Below are positions 39,248-50,065 of a DNA stretch of 64,000 bases, piece after piece. Numbering within the stretch: position 1 is the first letter of the stretch; each line of letters opens with the position of its first letter. The notes under the pieces are model-generated. The model ran no database searches. It was not told the origin of the DNA and saw only the letters and a program-made list of their open reading frames with translations. The position numbers were made by a program, and so were the translations under genes. The stretch is from a virus (Duplodnaviria; Heunggongvirae; Uroviricota; Caudoviricetes), in the IMG/VR virus record IMGVR_UViG_647533160_000003; one strand, given 5' to 3'.

Positions 39248-40333
39248 ATGACTTTGCCATACGGCGTCATTTCTGACTGCCACTACCACAAATGGGATGC
39301 GTTCTCCACGACGAACGCTGAGGGGCTTAACTCCAGACTTGAAATACAGTTGGAGGCAACGAAAGAAGCAGCCATCGCCATGAAGAAGGCCGGTTGTAAG
39401 TACATGTTGGTTGCCGGTGATACATTTCACGTCCGAGGAACTGTGTCCCCTTCTGTTTTGCATTACGTAACTGAAACGTACAAGTGGATTATCAACGAGC
39501 TTGATCTGACAGTAGTAATGCTGGCCGGTAATCACGATCTTGAAACCAACGATTCAGTATATAGCGCCAACGCAGCAGCATCGCTGAGTTCTATCGGCGT
39601 GGTAATCGTATGTGGCAAACGCCCACACTCAATAAAAATTGGTGATGTGACTGTCCACCTGATTAGCTGGCGTAACAATCATGCGGAGCTTATCAGCGAT
39701 CTGAAAGCATTACGTAAGAGCGTAGAAGGTGATAATCATGACGTTGTTATCCATACATCCATTAACAAAGCCATACCAACAATGCCTGACGTCGGTATCG
39801 ATGCGCAGGAGTTAAAGGATATCGGCTTTCGTCTCGTGCTTAGTGGGCATTACCACAACCACAAAGAGGTCATTCCTGGAGTTATCAGTGTCGGTGCACT
39901 GACTCACCAAAATTGGGGAGATGTTGGATCTCTGGCTGGCTACATGATCGTAAACCCGGACGGCAGTTTCAGTCACTACGAAACCAGTGCGCCTAAATTC
40001 ATTAACCTGGAAGATGATGTTGCTGATGACCAAATTCGCGGCAACTACGTGCGTTTCCGCGCCGTAATTGAGAACGATGAAGAAGGCATTAAGTACCAGA
40101 ACATCCTCAAAACAATGGGTGCAAAAGGTGTCGTGTGCAACTTCATCCGTAAGTCATCAATGATGGAAGGGACAGCCAGCACAACTGAAACCAGCAAAAT
40201 CGATAGCCTGGGAGAGTCGGTATCTGCTTATTGCAAGATTGTCCACGATACTGACGGCGGATTTGATTTGAGCAAGTTGGATATTTTGTGTCAGGAAATC
40301 CTCACCGAAGCGGAGAGTTCGGAGGCTGTGTGA
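39248..40333 (+). CDS. SbcD/Mre11-like nuclease (calcineurin-like phosphoesterase)
   Basis: Metallophosphatase motifs GDTFH and AGNHD; 361 aa. Confidence 0.75.
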   Translation: MTLPYGVISDCHYHKWDAFSTTNAEGLNSRLEIQLEATKEAAIAMKKAGCKYMLVAGDTFHVRGTVSPSVLHYVTETYKWIINELDLTVVMLAGNHDLETNDSVYSANAAASLSSIGVVIVCGKRPHSIKIGDVTVHLISWRNNHAELISDLKALRKSVEGDNHDVVIHTSINKAIPTMPDVGIDAQELKDIGFRLVLSGHYHNHKEVIPGVISVGALTHQNWGDVGSLAGYMIVNPDGSFSHYETSAPKFINLEDDVADDQIRGNYVRFRAVIENDEEGIKYQNILKTMGAKGVVCNFIRKSSMMEGTASTTETSKIDSLGESVSAYCKIVHDTDGGFDLSKLDILCQEILTEAESSEAV

Positions 40334-40562
40334 AGCAAAGTCGTTATGGGAGCTTTCGAGACTTTGCCATCACGATGAAAAGACTTGAACGAGGCCAGAC
40401 GGTGATGTTTCACAAGCCCTACCCGCCACAAGGAAATCCCGTAGCGTTTTATCTTGGAAGGTTAACAAGAAAAGGCGTATTGAGGCGCAGATCCTTCCCG
40501 GCGCATACGGAGTTCAGATTGAAAGAAGGCCAAAAGCTAACACACGGTATCAGAGGTGTTAT

Positions 40563-42479
40563 ATGAAGTTTTTAAAGCTCCAGGTTGAGAATTTTATGGC
40601 TATCGCCAGCGCGGAGGTCGAGTTAGATCAGCGTGGTTTAGTGCTCATTCAGGGTGTTAATAGTGATGATAGTTCCGCATCAAGTAATGGCTCTGGAAAG
40701 TCAACTCTAATGAATAGCCTGATGTGGTGTCTTTATGGCGAAACAGCTCATGGTGTGAAGGGTGACGATGTGTTGTCTACCGACCATGAAAAGAACTGTC
40801 GTGTTGCAGTAACCATCGAGGATGAAGGCAAGAGATACGCAATCATTCGTCACCGTAAACACAAAGAGTTCAAAAATCGTCTTATCGTTCGTGGTGAAGA
40901 TGGCGATATGACGAAAGGCAAAGATGCGCTGACGCAGGAGTTCGTCGAGCGTCTGATCGGTGCATCTAAAGAGGTTTTCATGGCTTCCATCTATGCGAGC
41001 CAAGAAGCTATGCCAGATTTACCTGGAATGTCCGACAAAAACCTCAAAACCATCGTAGAAGAAGCCGCTGGCGTTGACAGACTGACACGCGCCTATGCTA
41101 TTGCTCGTGAGCGAGCTAATGCAGCTGCCGCACGTATGGATGTGGTTAAAACCAAATTGGAGTCGACAATCTCGACCATTGAGGCAACACAGTCAGAAAT
41201 TGAGTCCGCGAAAGCCTCCTCTGAATCATGGGAACAAGAGCGTTCTAAACGTTATGACGATGCCCTAGCTGGGCTGGCAAGTGCCGAAGTTGAGTTAACG
41301 GAAGTTGAACTTGAGATCCGCACTCTTCCCGAACAGATCCGTGATACCGAGAAGGCAATCGAAAGTGAGCGCAAAAAGTTAGCCTCAAAAGAAGAACATG
41401 ACGCTAAGTTGCTCAAAGTGCGTGGTGCGATAACTGATATTCGGGCAAGCATCAAAGCTACAGAAAATAGTCAGGCTGATGCAATGAGCCGCGCGCGCAA
41501 TTTTAAGACCAAAGCAGAAGAGGTTGGTACTAAAGTAGGATCACCATGCCCTACTTGTGGCAAAGCCTACTGCGAAGAAGATCTATCAACGGTGAAGGAG
41601 AATTTCATTGAACAAGCACGTCAGGAAATTGGTCAGGCGAAGACACTTGCAGAGGCAATGGCTAAACACAAAACGAATCTTGAGAAAGCGTTAAGCATTG
41701 AGTCTGCCCTTGTTAAAACGACACCTGATGTAACGGCTATCATCGCTCGGATTGAAGAGCTTACGAAACAACTCTCATCTTTGCGTCATCGTGAGAAGGA
41801 GGTTGTTGCTATTGAGTCTCTTGTTACTCGTGCTCGTACTGAGGTCGATCGTATATCAAAAGAGATTAATCCGTTTATTGCTCTTATCGCCAGACACGAA
41901 GATAACCTGGCATCCAGTAAGTCTACCTTCAAGTCCTTAAAAGACGAGTTAAAGGCTATTCAGGAACAAACGTTGCTATTGGAAAAAGCTCGTCAGGTCT
42001 ACTCTCCTGCAGGGGTGCGTTCTCATATTTTGACGTCTGTTACGCCTTTCCTGAATACACGCACAGCCGAGTATCTCAATACGTTGTCTGACGGGAATAT
42101 TACTGCTGAGTGGTCGACGATGGATGTCACTAAAAAAGGTGAGTATCGCGACAAATTCAACATTAGTGTGCAGAAGAAAGGTTCAAGTAAGTCGTTCCAG
42201 ACCCTCTCTGGTGGTGAGAAGCGGAAGGTTCGCATTGCGTGTTCTTTGGCATTGCAAGATCTGGTCAGTAACCGGGCGAGTAAAAACATCGATTTGTTTA
42301 TCGGCGACGAAATTGACGATGCACTCGATACAGCCGGTCTTGAACGCCTCATGGGTATTCTGGAGTCCAAAGCTCGCGAACGGGGCACTGTGCTGATTAT
42401 CTCCCATAAAGAGATGAAGTCATGGTTCCGCGAAACTATTACTCTGGAAGTTAAAGAGGGGCGCAGCTATGTCGTTTAA
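40563..42479 (+). CDS. SbcC/Rad50-like ATPase
   Basis: Walker A NGSGKST, coiled-coil, CPTCG zinc-hook-like motif, signature LSGGEKRKV, Walker B LFIGDEIDDALD. Confidence 0.85.
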   Translation: MKFLKLQVENFMAIASAEVELDQRGLVLIQGVNSDDSSASSNGSGKSTLMNSLMWCLYGETAHGVKGDDVLSTDHEKNCRVAVTIEDEGKRYAIIRHRKHKEFKNRLIVRGEDGDMTKGKDALTQEFVERLIGASKEVFMASIYASQEAMPDLPGMSDKNLKTIVEEAAGVDRLTRAYAIARERANAAAARMDVVKTKLESTISTIEATQSEIESAKASSESWEQERSKRYDDALAGLASAEVELTEVELEIRTLPEQIRDTEKAIESERKKLASKEEHDAKLLKVRGAITDIRASIKATENSQADAMSRARNFKTKAEEVGTKVGSPCPTCGKAYCEEDLSTVKENFIEQARQEIGQAKTLAEAMAKHKTNLEKALSIESALVKTTPDVTAIIARIEELTKQLSSLRHREKEVVAIESLVTRARTEVDRISKEINPFIALIARHEDNLASSKSTFKSLKDELKAIQEQTLLLEKARQVYSPAGVRSHILTSVTPFLNTRTAEYLNTLSDGNITAEWSTMDVTKKGEYRDKFNISVQKKGSSKSFQTLSGGEKRKVRIACSLALQDLVSNRASKNIDLFIGDEIDDALDTAGLERLMGILESKARERGTVLIISHKEMKSWFRETITLEVKEGRSYVV

Positions 42480-43212
42480 ATTAAGCCGCTCGCAGTTTTT
42501 GCAGGTGTTTGCGGTGATGCAGTCGATAAAACTGATCAATGGGCATACTTCCAATGGTGCGGCTCCACGTATTCTGTGGGGCAGCAATAATATTGACAAA
42601 GCACAATTCGCCCCGTTGCTTGGTCTAATATCCGAGACACCATTGATGCAAAGTTTGGAATCACTGCCGTCTGGATGTATTGCGCCGATCTTGATTAATC
42701 CTTTTGTTGAGGGAGGATATCTTCCCAACGTCGGACCTGGGTTTATCGCAACCCATGAAACTGAAGATCTTAACATTGATAGCGAAGGGTTCTTTGGGGC
42801 AATGGATGCGCATCTCTGTATGGCTTTCACGAACCTTATTCGACTTGCCAATAAGCGAGCGGATAGTTTGGCATCGCCAGGTGATGCTTTTACTGGTTTC
42901 CTTATCCAAAGGAGAGATAAAAAGTACAGTGCGGATAAACTACAGTTTATTGGTAAGTATGGGGAAATGGTAGAAATCGAACTTCAGCTCCCTCATGTTT
43001 TAGCAAACGATAGTGCAGACAGTCGGAGGCTGTTGGGCATCATGCGTCATTTCATAGCAAGTGGCGTTAAACATGCCGTAGATAAACGTGTCACGCAGGA
43101 AAATGAGTGTTCAGACTTTGCAAACTATCCCCAACCAACGTTGCAAACGGCAATAGTAGCCAATTCGTTGGAGGCGAGATTATTGGAAAACCCTATATGG
43201 GGAACATGGTAA
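42469..43212 (+). CDS. hypothetical protein
   Basis: 247-aa ORF overlapping sbcC-like stop. Confidence 0.5.
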   Translation: MSFKLSRSQFLQVFAVMQSIKLINGHTSNGAAPRILWGSNNIDKAQFAPLLGLISETPLMQSLESLPSGCIAPILINPFVEGGYLPNVGPGFIATHETEDLNIDSEGFFGAMDAHLCMAFTNLIRLANKRADSLASPGDAFTGFLIQRRDKKYSADKLQFIGKYGEMVEIELQLPHVLANDSADSRRLLGIMRHFIASGVKHAVDKRVTQENECSDFANYPQPTLQTAIVANSLEARLLENPIWGTW

Positions 43213-43221
43213 GGAGACTAT

Positions 43222-43791
43222 ATGAGTAAAAAAATCAGCGTAGTTGGTGTTGATCCCTCAATGAGCAACTTTGGGCTTGCTGTGGGCACTTTAGACCTTG
43301 AAACGGACGAACTTGAGATTCACGGCCTTACTCTTGTTGAGACTAAAGCGGGGAGTAACAAAAAGACAGTTCGTGTGAACAGCGACGATCTGCGCCGTGC
43401 CAGTGAAATATGGCGTGTTGCGAAGCCAATCATTGATAAGGCAAATATGGTTTTTTGTGAGCTACCGGTTGGGAGCCAAAACTCTCGTTCGCAGACGTCT
43501 TACGGTATTTGTATCGGTGTACTTGCGTGTGTGGATAAGCCATTGATCCAGGTTACTCCAAACGAAATTAAGCATTTTGTCGGCAATAAACTTACTACAT
43601 CGAAAGAAGAGATTATCCAGTGGGCTACGAAAAAACACCCTAAAGCACCGTGGCTGCGTCGTAAGCAATCTGGACAGGATGTTCTCGTGAACAAAAACGA
43701 ACATTTGGCTGATGCGGTGGCTGCCATCCATACCGGTATGCAAACGGATCAGTTCCGCCAGGTGCGCGATGTTCTTAAGTCTCTCATTTGA
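43222..43791 (+). CDS. RuvC-like Holliday junction resolvase
   Basis: VVGVDPSMSNFGLAV (RuvC motif I-like) and C-terminal HLADAVAAIHTG. Confidence 0.6.
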   Translation: MSKKISVVGVDPSMSNFGLAVGTLDLETDELEIHGLTLVETKAGSNKKTVRVNSDDLRRASEIWRVAKPIIDKANMVFCELPVGSQNSRSQTSYGICIGVLACVDKPLIQVTPNEIKHFVGNKLTTSKEEIIQWATKKHPKAPWLRRKQSGQDVLVNKNEHLADAVAAIHTGMQTDQFRQVRDVLKSLI

Positions 43792-43864
43792 TTTTATTGA
43801 TAGGTAAGTGCTTATCTATTAACATGGGCCACTATATTTAGTGGCCCTCTTTATTTGGTGATAC

Positions 43865-46180
43865 ATGATAAGCATCGTAAAACGTAACGGCCAAACAGAG
43901 CCGTTATCCGAAGAAAAATACAACCGCGTCGTAATGTATGGCGTAGAAGGCATTCGTGGCGTAAGCGCATCCGCTGTAGCAATGGGAGCTGCGGCCAGCA
44001 TTTTTGATGGGATGACCACCAGCCAGTTGCATGAGGCTTTGGTTAAATCTGCCGCTGATTTGATCTCACCAGAAGCACCAAATTACTCACAGGTGGCTGC
44101 CCGCCTGAACATTTTTAAAATCCGCAAAGATGCCTTCGGTCGTTACGACTATCCGAACTTCTACCAACACATTGTCAAGAACGTTAACAAGGGCGTTTAT
44201 GACAAGGATTTGCTGACACATTATTCGTTTGAAGAGATCGAAGAACTCGGCAATTACATTAAGCCGAAACGTGACGATCTTTTTGGCTATGCAGCTACGG
44301 TACAGTTGCAAAGCAAATACCTCGTTCAAAACCGTGTTACTGGAGAGATTCACGAAGGTCCGCAACATATCTATATGCTGGTTGGCATGTGTCTGTTCCA
44401 GAATTGGGAAGACGACTGCGCGGGCAAAACACGTATGGAGATGGTTAAAGGTTTCTATGACATTACAAGTACGTTCAAACTGTCTCTGCCCACACCAATC
44501 ATGGCCGGCGTCCGTACTCCAACCCGTCAGTTCTCCAGTTGTGTGCTGATTGAGTCTGGCGATAGTCTGAAAGGTATTAGTGCAGCTTCAGCCGCAATTA
44601 TCGACTACGTTTCACGTCGTGCTGGAATTGGTATTGGTTTTGGCCGTATCCGTGCGCTGGGCAGCGAGATCCGCAATGGTGAAGCCACCCATACCGGAGT
44701 TATTCCATTCCTGAAGCATTTCCAGACGGCTGTTAAATCTTGCTCGCAAGGTGGTGTTCGTGGTGGCGCAGCAACAGCGTTTTACCCGATCTGGCATCTT
44801 GAAGTTGAAAGTCTGCTGGTGGTGAAAAATAACCGTGGTATTGATGAAAACCGCGTTCGCCATCTTGATTACGGCGTCATGAGTAACCGTCTAATGTACC
44901 GTCGACTCGTCAGAAGCGAGAACATCACTCTGTTCAGCCCGCATGATGTGCCTGATATGTACGAAGCCTTCTTCACAGACCAGGAGCTGTTTGAAAAGCT
45001 GTACCATAAATACGAAGCCGATGATTCAATTCGCAAGAAGTCAGTACCTGCCATTGAGCTGTTCTCATCTCTGATGCAGGAACGAGCGTCCACGGGCCGA
45101 ATTTATATTGCGAACGTCGATCATATTAATGAGCATGGCGCTTTCATTCCTGCTCTTGCACCTGTCCGCCAGTCAAACCTGTGCATGGAGATCACTCTAC
45201 CCACTCGTCCACTGGCATTTACCGACGACCCGAACGGTGAGATCGCGCTATGCACTTTATCCGCTTTTAACCTCGGAGCCATCCGTTCACTGGAGTCTCT
45301 TAAAGAGGTGGCGTTCTATGCCGTTGCTGCACTGGATTCGTTACTGGATTATCAAGACTATCCGATGGAGGCAGCCGAAGTGCCTGCCAAAGCTCGTCGT
45401 AGCTTGGGAATTGGTGTAACCAACTTTGCTTATTACCTGGCAAAGAATGGCGTTCGTTATTCTGATACCGCTGGCAATAAACTGGTGCATGAAACGTTCG
45501 AAGCTATCCAGTATTACCTTCTTGATGCCAGCTGCCGACTTGCTGAAGCAAAAGGTGAGTGTGACTGGTTTGAGCAGACCAAGTACGCAATTGGTCAGTT
45601 GCCGATCGACCATTACCGTTCTTCATTAGACGAAAGTGGCGAAACCAACTTTGAGTTAAAGATGCCGTGGGAAGAACTGCGTGAACGTATTGCAAAATAC
45701 GGCCTTCGCAACTCCACACTGACGGCACAAATGCCATGCGAGACTTCCAGCCAGATCACTAATTCCACCAACGGCATCGAACCGCCTCGTGGCCCGGTGT
45801 CGGTGAAATCTTCTAAGGACGGCATCGTTAAGATGGTCGTGCCTGAGTTTGAAAAACTGAAGGAACAGTATGAATACCTGTGGGATATGCCGGACAACCG
45901 CGGCTATCTGACAAAGGTGGCGATCATCCAGAAGTTCTTTGACCAGGCTATTTCAGCCAATACCAACTATGACCCTTCTCGCTTTGAAGGCGATAAAGTC
46001 CCAATGATGACGCTACTGTCAGATTTGCTTCTCGCCTACAAGATGGGAGTTAAAACGCTTTACTACCACAACACCAGAGATGGGGCAGGAAAGCGTGATG
46101 ACGACGAACCGCAGAATCCACTGACGCAAGCTGTAGCCGTCGAGCCAGAAGATGAGTGCGACGGAGCCTGCAAAATCTGA
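43865..46180 (+). CDS. nrdA: ribonucleotide reductase large subunit (class Ia)
   Basis: N-terminal ATP-cone, active-site NLCMEI, C-terminal Cys pair; 771 aa. Confidence 0.9.
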   Translation: MISIVKRNGQTEPLSEEKYNRVVMYGVEGIRGVSASAVAMGAAASIFDGMTTSQLHEALVKSAADLISPEAPNYSQVAARLNIFKIRKDAFGRYDYPNFYQHIVKNVNKGVYDKDLLTHYSFEEIEELGNYIKPKRDDLFGYAATVQLQSKYLVQNRVTGEIHEGPQHIYMLVGMCLFQNWEDDCAGKTRMEMVKGFYDITSTFKLSLPTPIMAGVRTPTRQFSSCVLIESGDSLKGISAASAAIIDYVSRRAGIGIGFGRIRALGSEIRNGEATHTGVIPFLKHFQTAVKSCSQGGVRGGAATAFYPIWHLEVESLLVVKNNRGIDENRVRHLDYGVMSNRLMYRRLVRSENITLFSPHDVPDMYEAFFTDQELFEKLYHKYEADDSIRKKSVPAIELFSSLMQERASTGRIYIANVDHINEHGAFIPALAPVRQSNLCMEITLPTRPLAFTDDPNGEIALCTLSAFNLGAIRSLESLKEVAFYAVAALDSLLDYQDYPMEAAEVPAKARRSLGIGVTNFAYYLAKNGVRYSDTAGNKLVHETFEAIQYYLLDASCRLAEAKGECDWFEQTKYAIGQLPIDHYRSSLDESGETNFELKMPWEELRERIAKYGLRNSTLTAQMPCETSSQITNSTNGIEPPRGPVSVKSSKDGIVKMVVPEFEKLKEQYEYLWDMPDNRGYLTKVAIIQKFFDQAISANTNYDPSRFEGDKVPMMTLLSDLLLAYKMGVKTLYYHNTRDGAGKRDDDEPQNPLTQAVAVEPEDECDGACKI

Positions 46181-46285
46181 CATATGGTGGGGTATAACCC
46201 CACCTTCTCTTTGATTTGTAAGCCTTGTTTAAACAAATAAGATAACAACTTGTTTAAACACATCAAAAAGCAAAAGGAAAAACAC

Positions 46286-47428
46286 ATGTCATATTCAACG
46301 TTCCGTTTGGGTGCTAATGATGCAACCAAAGAGCCTATGTTCCTCGGACAATCTGTCAACGTGGCACGTTACGATCAGCAAAAATACCGTGATTTTGAAA
46401 AGTTGATTGAACGTCAATTGTCTTTCTTCTGGCGGCCGGAAGAAGTTGATATTTCGAGCGATCGTATCGACTTCAACACGAAGCTGCGGGACCACGAACG
46501 TCACATTTTTCTGAGCAATCTCCGTTATCAAACGTTACTCGACTCAGTTCAGGGACGTAGCCCAAATGCAACGCTGCTGCCGCTTATCTCTATTCCTGAA
46601 CTGGAAACGTGGGTTGAAACATGGTCTTTCTCTGAGACTATCCATAGCCGCAGCTACACCCACATTATTCGTGGCATGGTGGACGATCCGAGCATTGTTT
46701 TTGACGGTATTGTTACGGATGAAGAAATCATCAACCGAGCGATCAGTATCTCTGCTGAATATGACAGGCTTTATGGGATGACCTGCGAGCGCCAGTCGTT
46801 AGGTGAGAAAGAGTTTGAACGTCTGTACGTAAATGAATATGGCTGGGAGCCATACCCTTTGCATCGTCAGCTTTTCCGCACGTTGGTGTCCATTAATGCG
46901 CTTGAGGCGATCCGTTTCTATGTAAGTTTTGCATGTACGTTTGCCTTTGGCGAACGGAAGTTGCTTGAGGGTAACACCAAAATTATGCGCTTTATTGCCC
47001 GTGATGAAGCTCTGCATTGCGAAGGAACTGAACGCATGATCCGCTTCATGCGTACCGGTCGCGAAGGTTTATTGTGGAAAGAGATTGCTGCTGATGAAGA
47101 AAACGTCATTTACGACACCATGAAATCAGTCGCCGAACAAGAAATGAACTGGGCAGACTATCTCTTCAAAGACGGTTCGATGATTGGTTTAAACGCGGAT
47201 ATTCTGAAGACCTATGTAAAATACCGAACCAATCTGGCTATGAATCGTCTTGGCCTGAAGGCTTTATTTCCAGAAGTTACCACTGATCCGCTGGTCTGGA
47301 TGAACAAGTGGTTGTTAACCGACACACTGCAAATTGCACCACAAGAGGCAGAGCAAAGCACATATCTGGTAGGTCAGATCGATTCTACCGTGGATAAGGC
47401 TTCTCTAAGCCAGTTTGCAGACCTGTAA
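46286..47428 (+). CDS. nrdB: ribonucleotide reductase small subunit (class Ia)
   Basis: Close to E. coli NrdB over most of its length ([43 protein letters not shown]); start at Met 46286, ORF-track start 46250 is an upstream extension. Confidence 0.9.
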   Translation: MSYSTFRLGANDATKEPMFLGQSVNVARYDQQKYRDFEKLIERQLSFFWRPEEVDISSDRIDFNTKLRDHERHIFLSNLRYQTLLDSVQGRSPNATLLPLISIPELETWVETWSFSETIHSRSYTHIIRGMVDDPSIVFDGIVTDEEIINRAISISAEYDRLYGMTCERQSLGEKEFERLYVNEYGWEPYPLHRQLFRTLVSINALEAIRFYVSFACTFAFGERKLLEGNTKIMRFIARDEALHCEGTERMIRFMRTGREGLLWKEIAADEENVIYDTMKSVAEQEMNWADYLFKDGSMIGLNADILKTYVKYRTNLAMNRLGLKALFPEVTTDPLVWMNKWLLTDTLQIAPQEAEQSTYLVGQIDSTVDKASLSQFADL

Positions 47429-47505
47429 ACCGATACAAAGCATTATGTGGCCTGGCAACGCTGGGCCACAATGGATCACAAGAATTAAGAAGGAACAAAA
47501 CTAGC

Positions 47506-48375
47506 ATGAACTTTACCAAACTGACTGACCACCTGAAACTTGCCACCGATCGACTCATTGGATTTAAGCCAGAACCATATGAGTTGCATGAAGGCCATGG
47601 TGTAGCCACTGAAAGTATTTACAAGATGGTCGATCAGTTTCATGAACTCTTCCAGCATCCGAGACGCGTTATGCCGACACCAGAGCTGCTTCGTCTCCGT
47701 GCAAGCCTGATTCATGAAGAAGCTGTAGTGGAAGGTATTCCAGCCGCAATGAATGGGGATATTGAGCAACTGCTGGATGCCATGGCCGACTTTTTATACG
47801 TTGGTGTTGGTACGATGGTCGCCATCAAAGGTGGTATTTCTACCGGCATGACCTATTACACGCAGGAACAGAGCATTGATCGCTTTATGCAGACAATTTT
47901 TGTGCCTGGTAACACTGTTTTCGATGATATGGCAATGCCATTTCAGGAAGCTCGTGAGGCGTCATGTATGCTCGAAGAGCTGGCAGATAAACTTGAGAAC
48001 AAGACTGTTAAGGATTCTGAGCTGATTCAGGAACTGCGCCGTGTCATGAACAAAATCTATGTGGCGTGCATGATGACCTATCGACTGGCTGATTTCCTCG
48101 GCATCAATGTAGTCGAGCTGGTTGGCGAAATTCATCGGTCTAACATGACAAAATTATGGCCTGCTGATGTCGAGGAACGTCGCCAGGCTGTGGCCAACTG
48201 CAAATACGACTCTTCAGACCTGGGATTTCGCCATGCTGATGGTACCGATAAGATGATCGGTTTTCGAATTTCCGATGGAAAGATTCTGAAGTCTCCAACC
48301 TATAGTGATGTCGATTTATCCTCCTTTGTTGAGCAAGCTAAAGCCTCAGCAATGTACGGAATGATCAAAAAATAA
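47506..48375 (+). CDS. hypothetical protein; possible MazG-like NTP pyrophosphohydrolase
   Basis: EEAVVE and D-x-x-D acidic motifs in predicted helical region; weak. Confidence 0.4.
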   Translation: MNFTKLTDHLKLATDRLIGFKPEPYELHEGHGVATESIYKMVDQFHELFQHPRRVMPTPELLRLRASLIHEEAVVEGIPAAMNGDIEQLLDAMADFLYVGVGTMVAIKGGISTGMTYYTQEQSIDRFMQTIFVPGNTVFDDMAMPFQEAREASCMLEELADKLENKTVKDSELIQELRRVMNKIYVACMMTYRLADFLGINVVELVGEIHRSNMTKLWPADVEERRQAVANCKYDSSDLGFRHADGTDKMIGFRISDGKILKSPTYSDVDLSSFVEQAKASAMYGMIKK

Positions 48376-48444
48376 TTGTAGGTAGTTATCTATCTATGTA
48401 TATTATGTTGGCGCGTTAAATTCCTGAAGCAACTATTCGTTTTT

Positions 48445-48470
48445 GGTGGCCATAGGCCACCATTTTTTTA
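48445..48470 (+). terminator. rho-independent terminator
   Basis: TGGTGGCC-ATA-GGCCACCA hairpin plus TTTTTTT. Confidence 0.7.
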
Positions 48471-48546
48471 TCTATCTGGCCTTGTTCCCACAATAAATGT
48501 AAACTCACTTAATGAATAAGTGATTACTTATCTTTGTGAGGTTTTT

Positions 48547-49650
48547 GTGTCACTCCTTTTGAATCGTGAGCATACGAACGGTCAGGTAACAAACGCATCG
48601 TATGCAAAAGTTATTGAGACGGTGCTTAAAAGCGGCGTGCAGGCTGATGATCGCACAGGCACTGGTACTTTAAGCACCTGCTACGTTCCCTCTTACTACA
48701 TGCTTACTGGTGGGACTGTGCCGCTTATTTCTGGAAAGGCGGTAAATCTTAAGCCACTGCTTGTCGAACTTGAGTGGTATCTGAAAGGCACGGGCAACAT
48801 CCAATTTCTCAAGGATAACGGCGTTAAGATTTGGGATGCATGGGCCGATGAGAATGGCGATTTGGGGCCGGTTTACGGTAAGCAGTGGCGTCGATGGGAA
48901 GATACCCGCATCGTGAGCCATAGTGAATATCTGAGCAAGATCGCTACTTTCCGTGAACGCGGGTACAAAGTCGAGGGATACCTGGGTATCAGTGAAGATC
49001 GCGTAGTGCTGTCCCGTGAAATCGATCAGCTACAGCGTATTGTCGATACACTGCGCACGAACCCTACCGATCGTCGCATCATGCTTAACGCATGGAACGT
49101 AGGCGAGCTTGAGGATATGAAACTGCCACCTTGCCACTTTGTCTTCTCTTTGTGGAGTCGTGAGCTGGATTTTGAAACCCGTTTAACGATGGCAACTGAC
49201 ATTGGTCTTCAACACAGTCGCCTCGGTTACGAGTCTATCTACACCAAGATGCTATACGATCTGGAGATGGACGGCAGTGTTACTGAAGCTGAACTGGATG
49301 AACTTGGAATCCCCAAACGCATCCTCAACTCCTGCCTCGTACAGCGTAGCGTAGACACTTTTGTTGGTATGCCATTCAATATTGCTGGCTATGGCATTCT
49401 CACTCATTTTCTCGCGAAGATTACGGGTCACATGGCCGGTGCATTTGTGCATTTTGGCTTTGACGTGCATTTGTACAACAACCACATGGAAGGTGTGTGT
49501 GAGCTAATGAAACGACAGGCTCCAGAGCATTCAGATCCGGTCGTTATTTTCCCTCATGAATGGTCAGAGTTGGATGATTTCAAATGGGACGAAGTTTTAA
49601 TTCTTGGCTATGACCCTCTACCGTGGATCAAGGTTCCAGTGGCGGTGTGA
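48547..49650 (+). CDS. thyA: thymidylate synthase (ThyA) with two insertions
   Basis: DRTGTGTLS, WADENGDLGPVYGKQWR, RRIMLNAWNVGELEDMKLPPCH, GMPFNIAGY match E. coli ThyA; start set at GTG 48547 after GAGG RBS (ORF open from 48520). Confidence 0.8.
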   Translation: MSLLLNREHTNGQVTNASYAKVIETVLKSGVQADDRTGTGTLSTCYVPSYYMLTGGTVPLISGKAVNLKPLLVELEWYLKGTGNIQFLKDNGVKIWDAWADENGDLGPVYGKQWRRWEDTRIVSHSEYLSKIATFRERGYKVEGYLGISEDRVVLSREIDQLQRIVDTLRTNPTDRRIMLNAWNVGELEDMKLPPCHFVFSLWSRELDFETRLTMATDIGLQHSRLGYESIYTKMLYDLEMDGSVTEAELDELGIPKRILNSCLVQRSVDTFVGMPFNIAGYGILTHFLAKITGHMAGAFVHFGFDVHLYNNHMEGVCELMKRQAPEHSDPVVIFPHEWSELDDFKWDEVLILGYDPLPWIKVPVAV

Positions 49651-50065
49651 TATGGCAAGAGGTATGTATGTCTTATGCGAAATTGAAGGTGTGCTGGCAA
49701 ATGCCAGCCATCGTAAATCAGTATCTGACGCGGATGCAGGCCAGCTCATTGCCGGTGATGAACTCATTTTCCCCACCAGCCGTATGTTGCGTGGTTTTGC
49801 TCGCTCAGGGGCTGAAGTGGTGCTTATCAGTAGCCGCTCTGAAACTCTTGAAGCGCCAACTAAACGATGGCTGAAAGATTTTGGCGTTGATTATGACTGG
49901 CTTCATCTCGTACCGAATGGCACCAGTTATGAGAAGCATATTAAGCGCACATTAGCGGAGCATAAAGGCGATCTGCTTATCGCTGCGCTGGTGCACGATC
50001 CTCGACTCCGTGCCGCTTTAGCCGACTCTCACCATCGACCGGTCATCTATGAGGTGAGCAAATGA
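49651..50065 (+). CDS. hypothetical protein
   Basis: 138 aa from ATG 49651, immediately after thyA stop. Confidence 0.4.

Noticed and set aside
46250-46285. N-terminal extension of nrdB in the ORF track ([12 protein letters not shown]...)
   Set aside because: The extension covers the upstream box and RBS; similarity to E. coli NrdB begins at Met 46286, which has the conserved start context.
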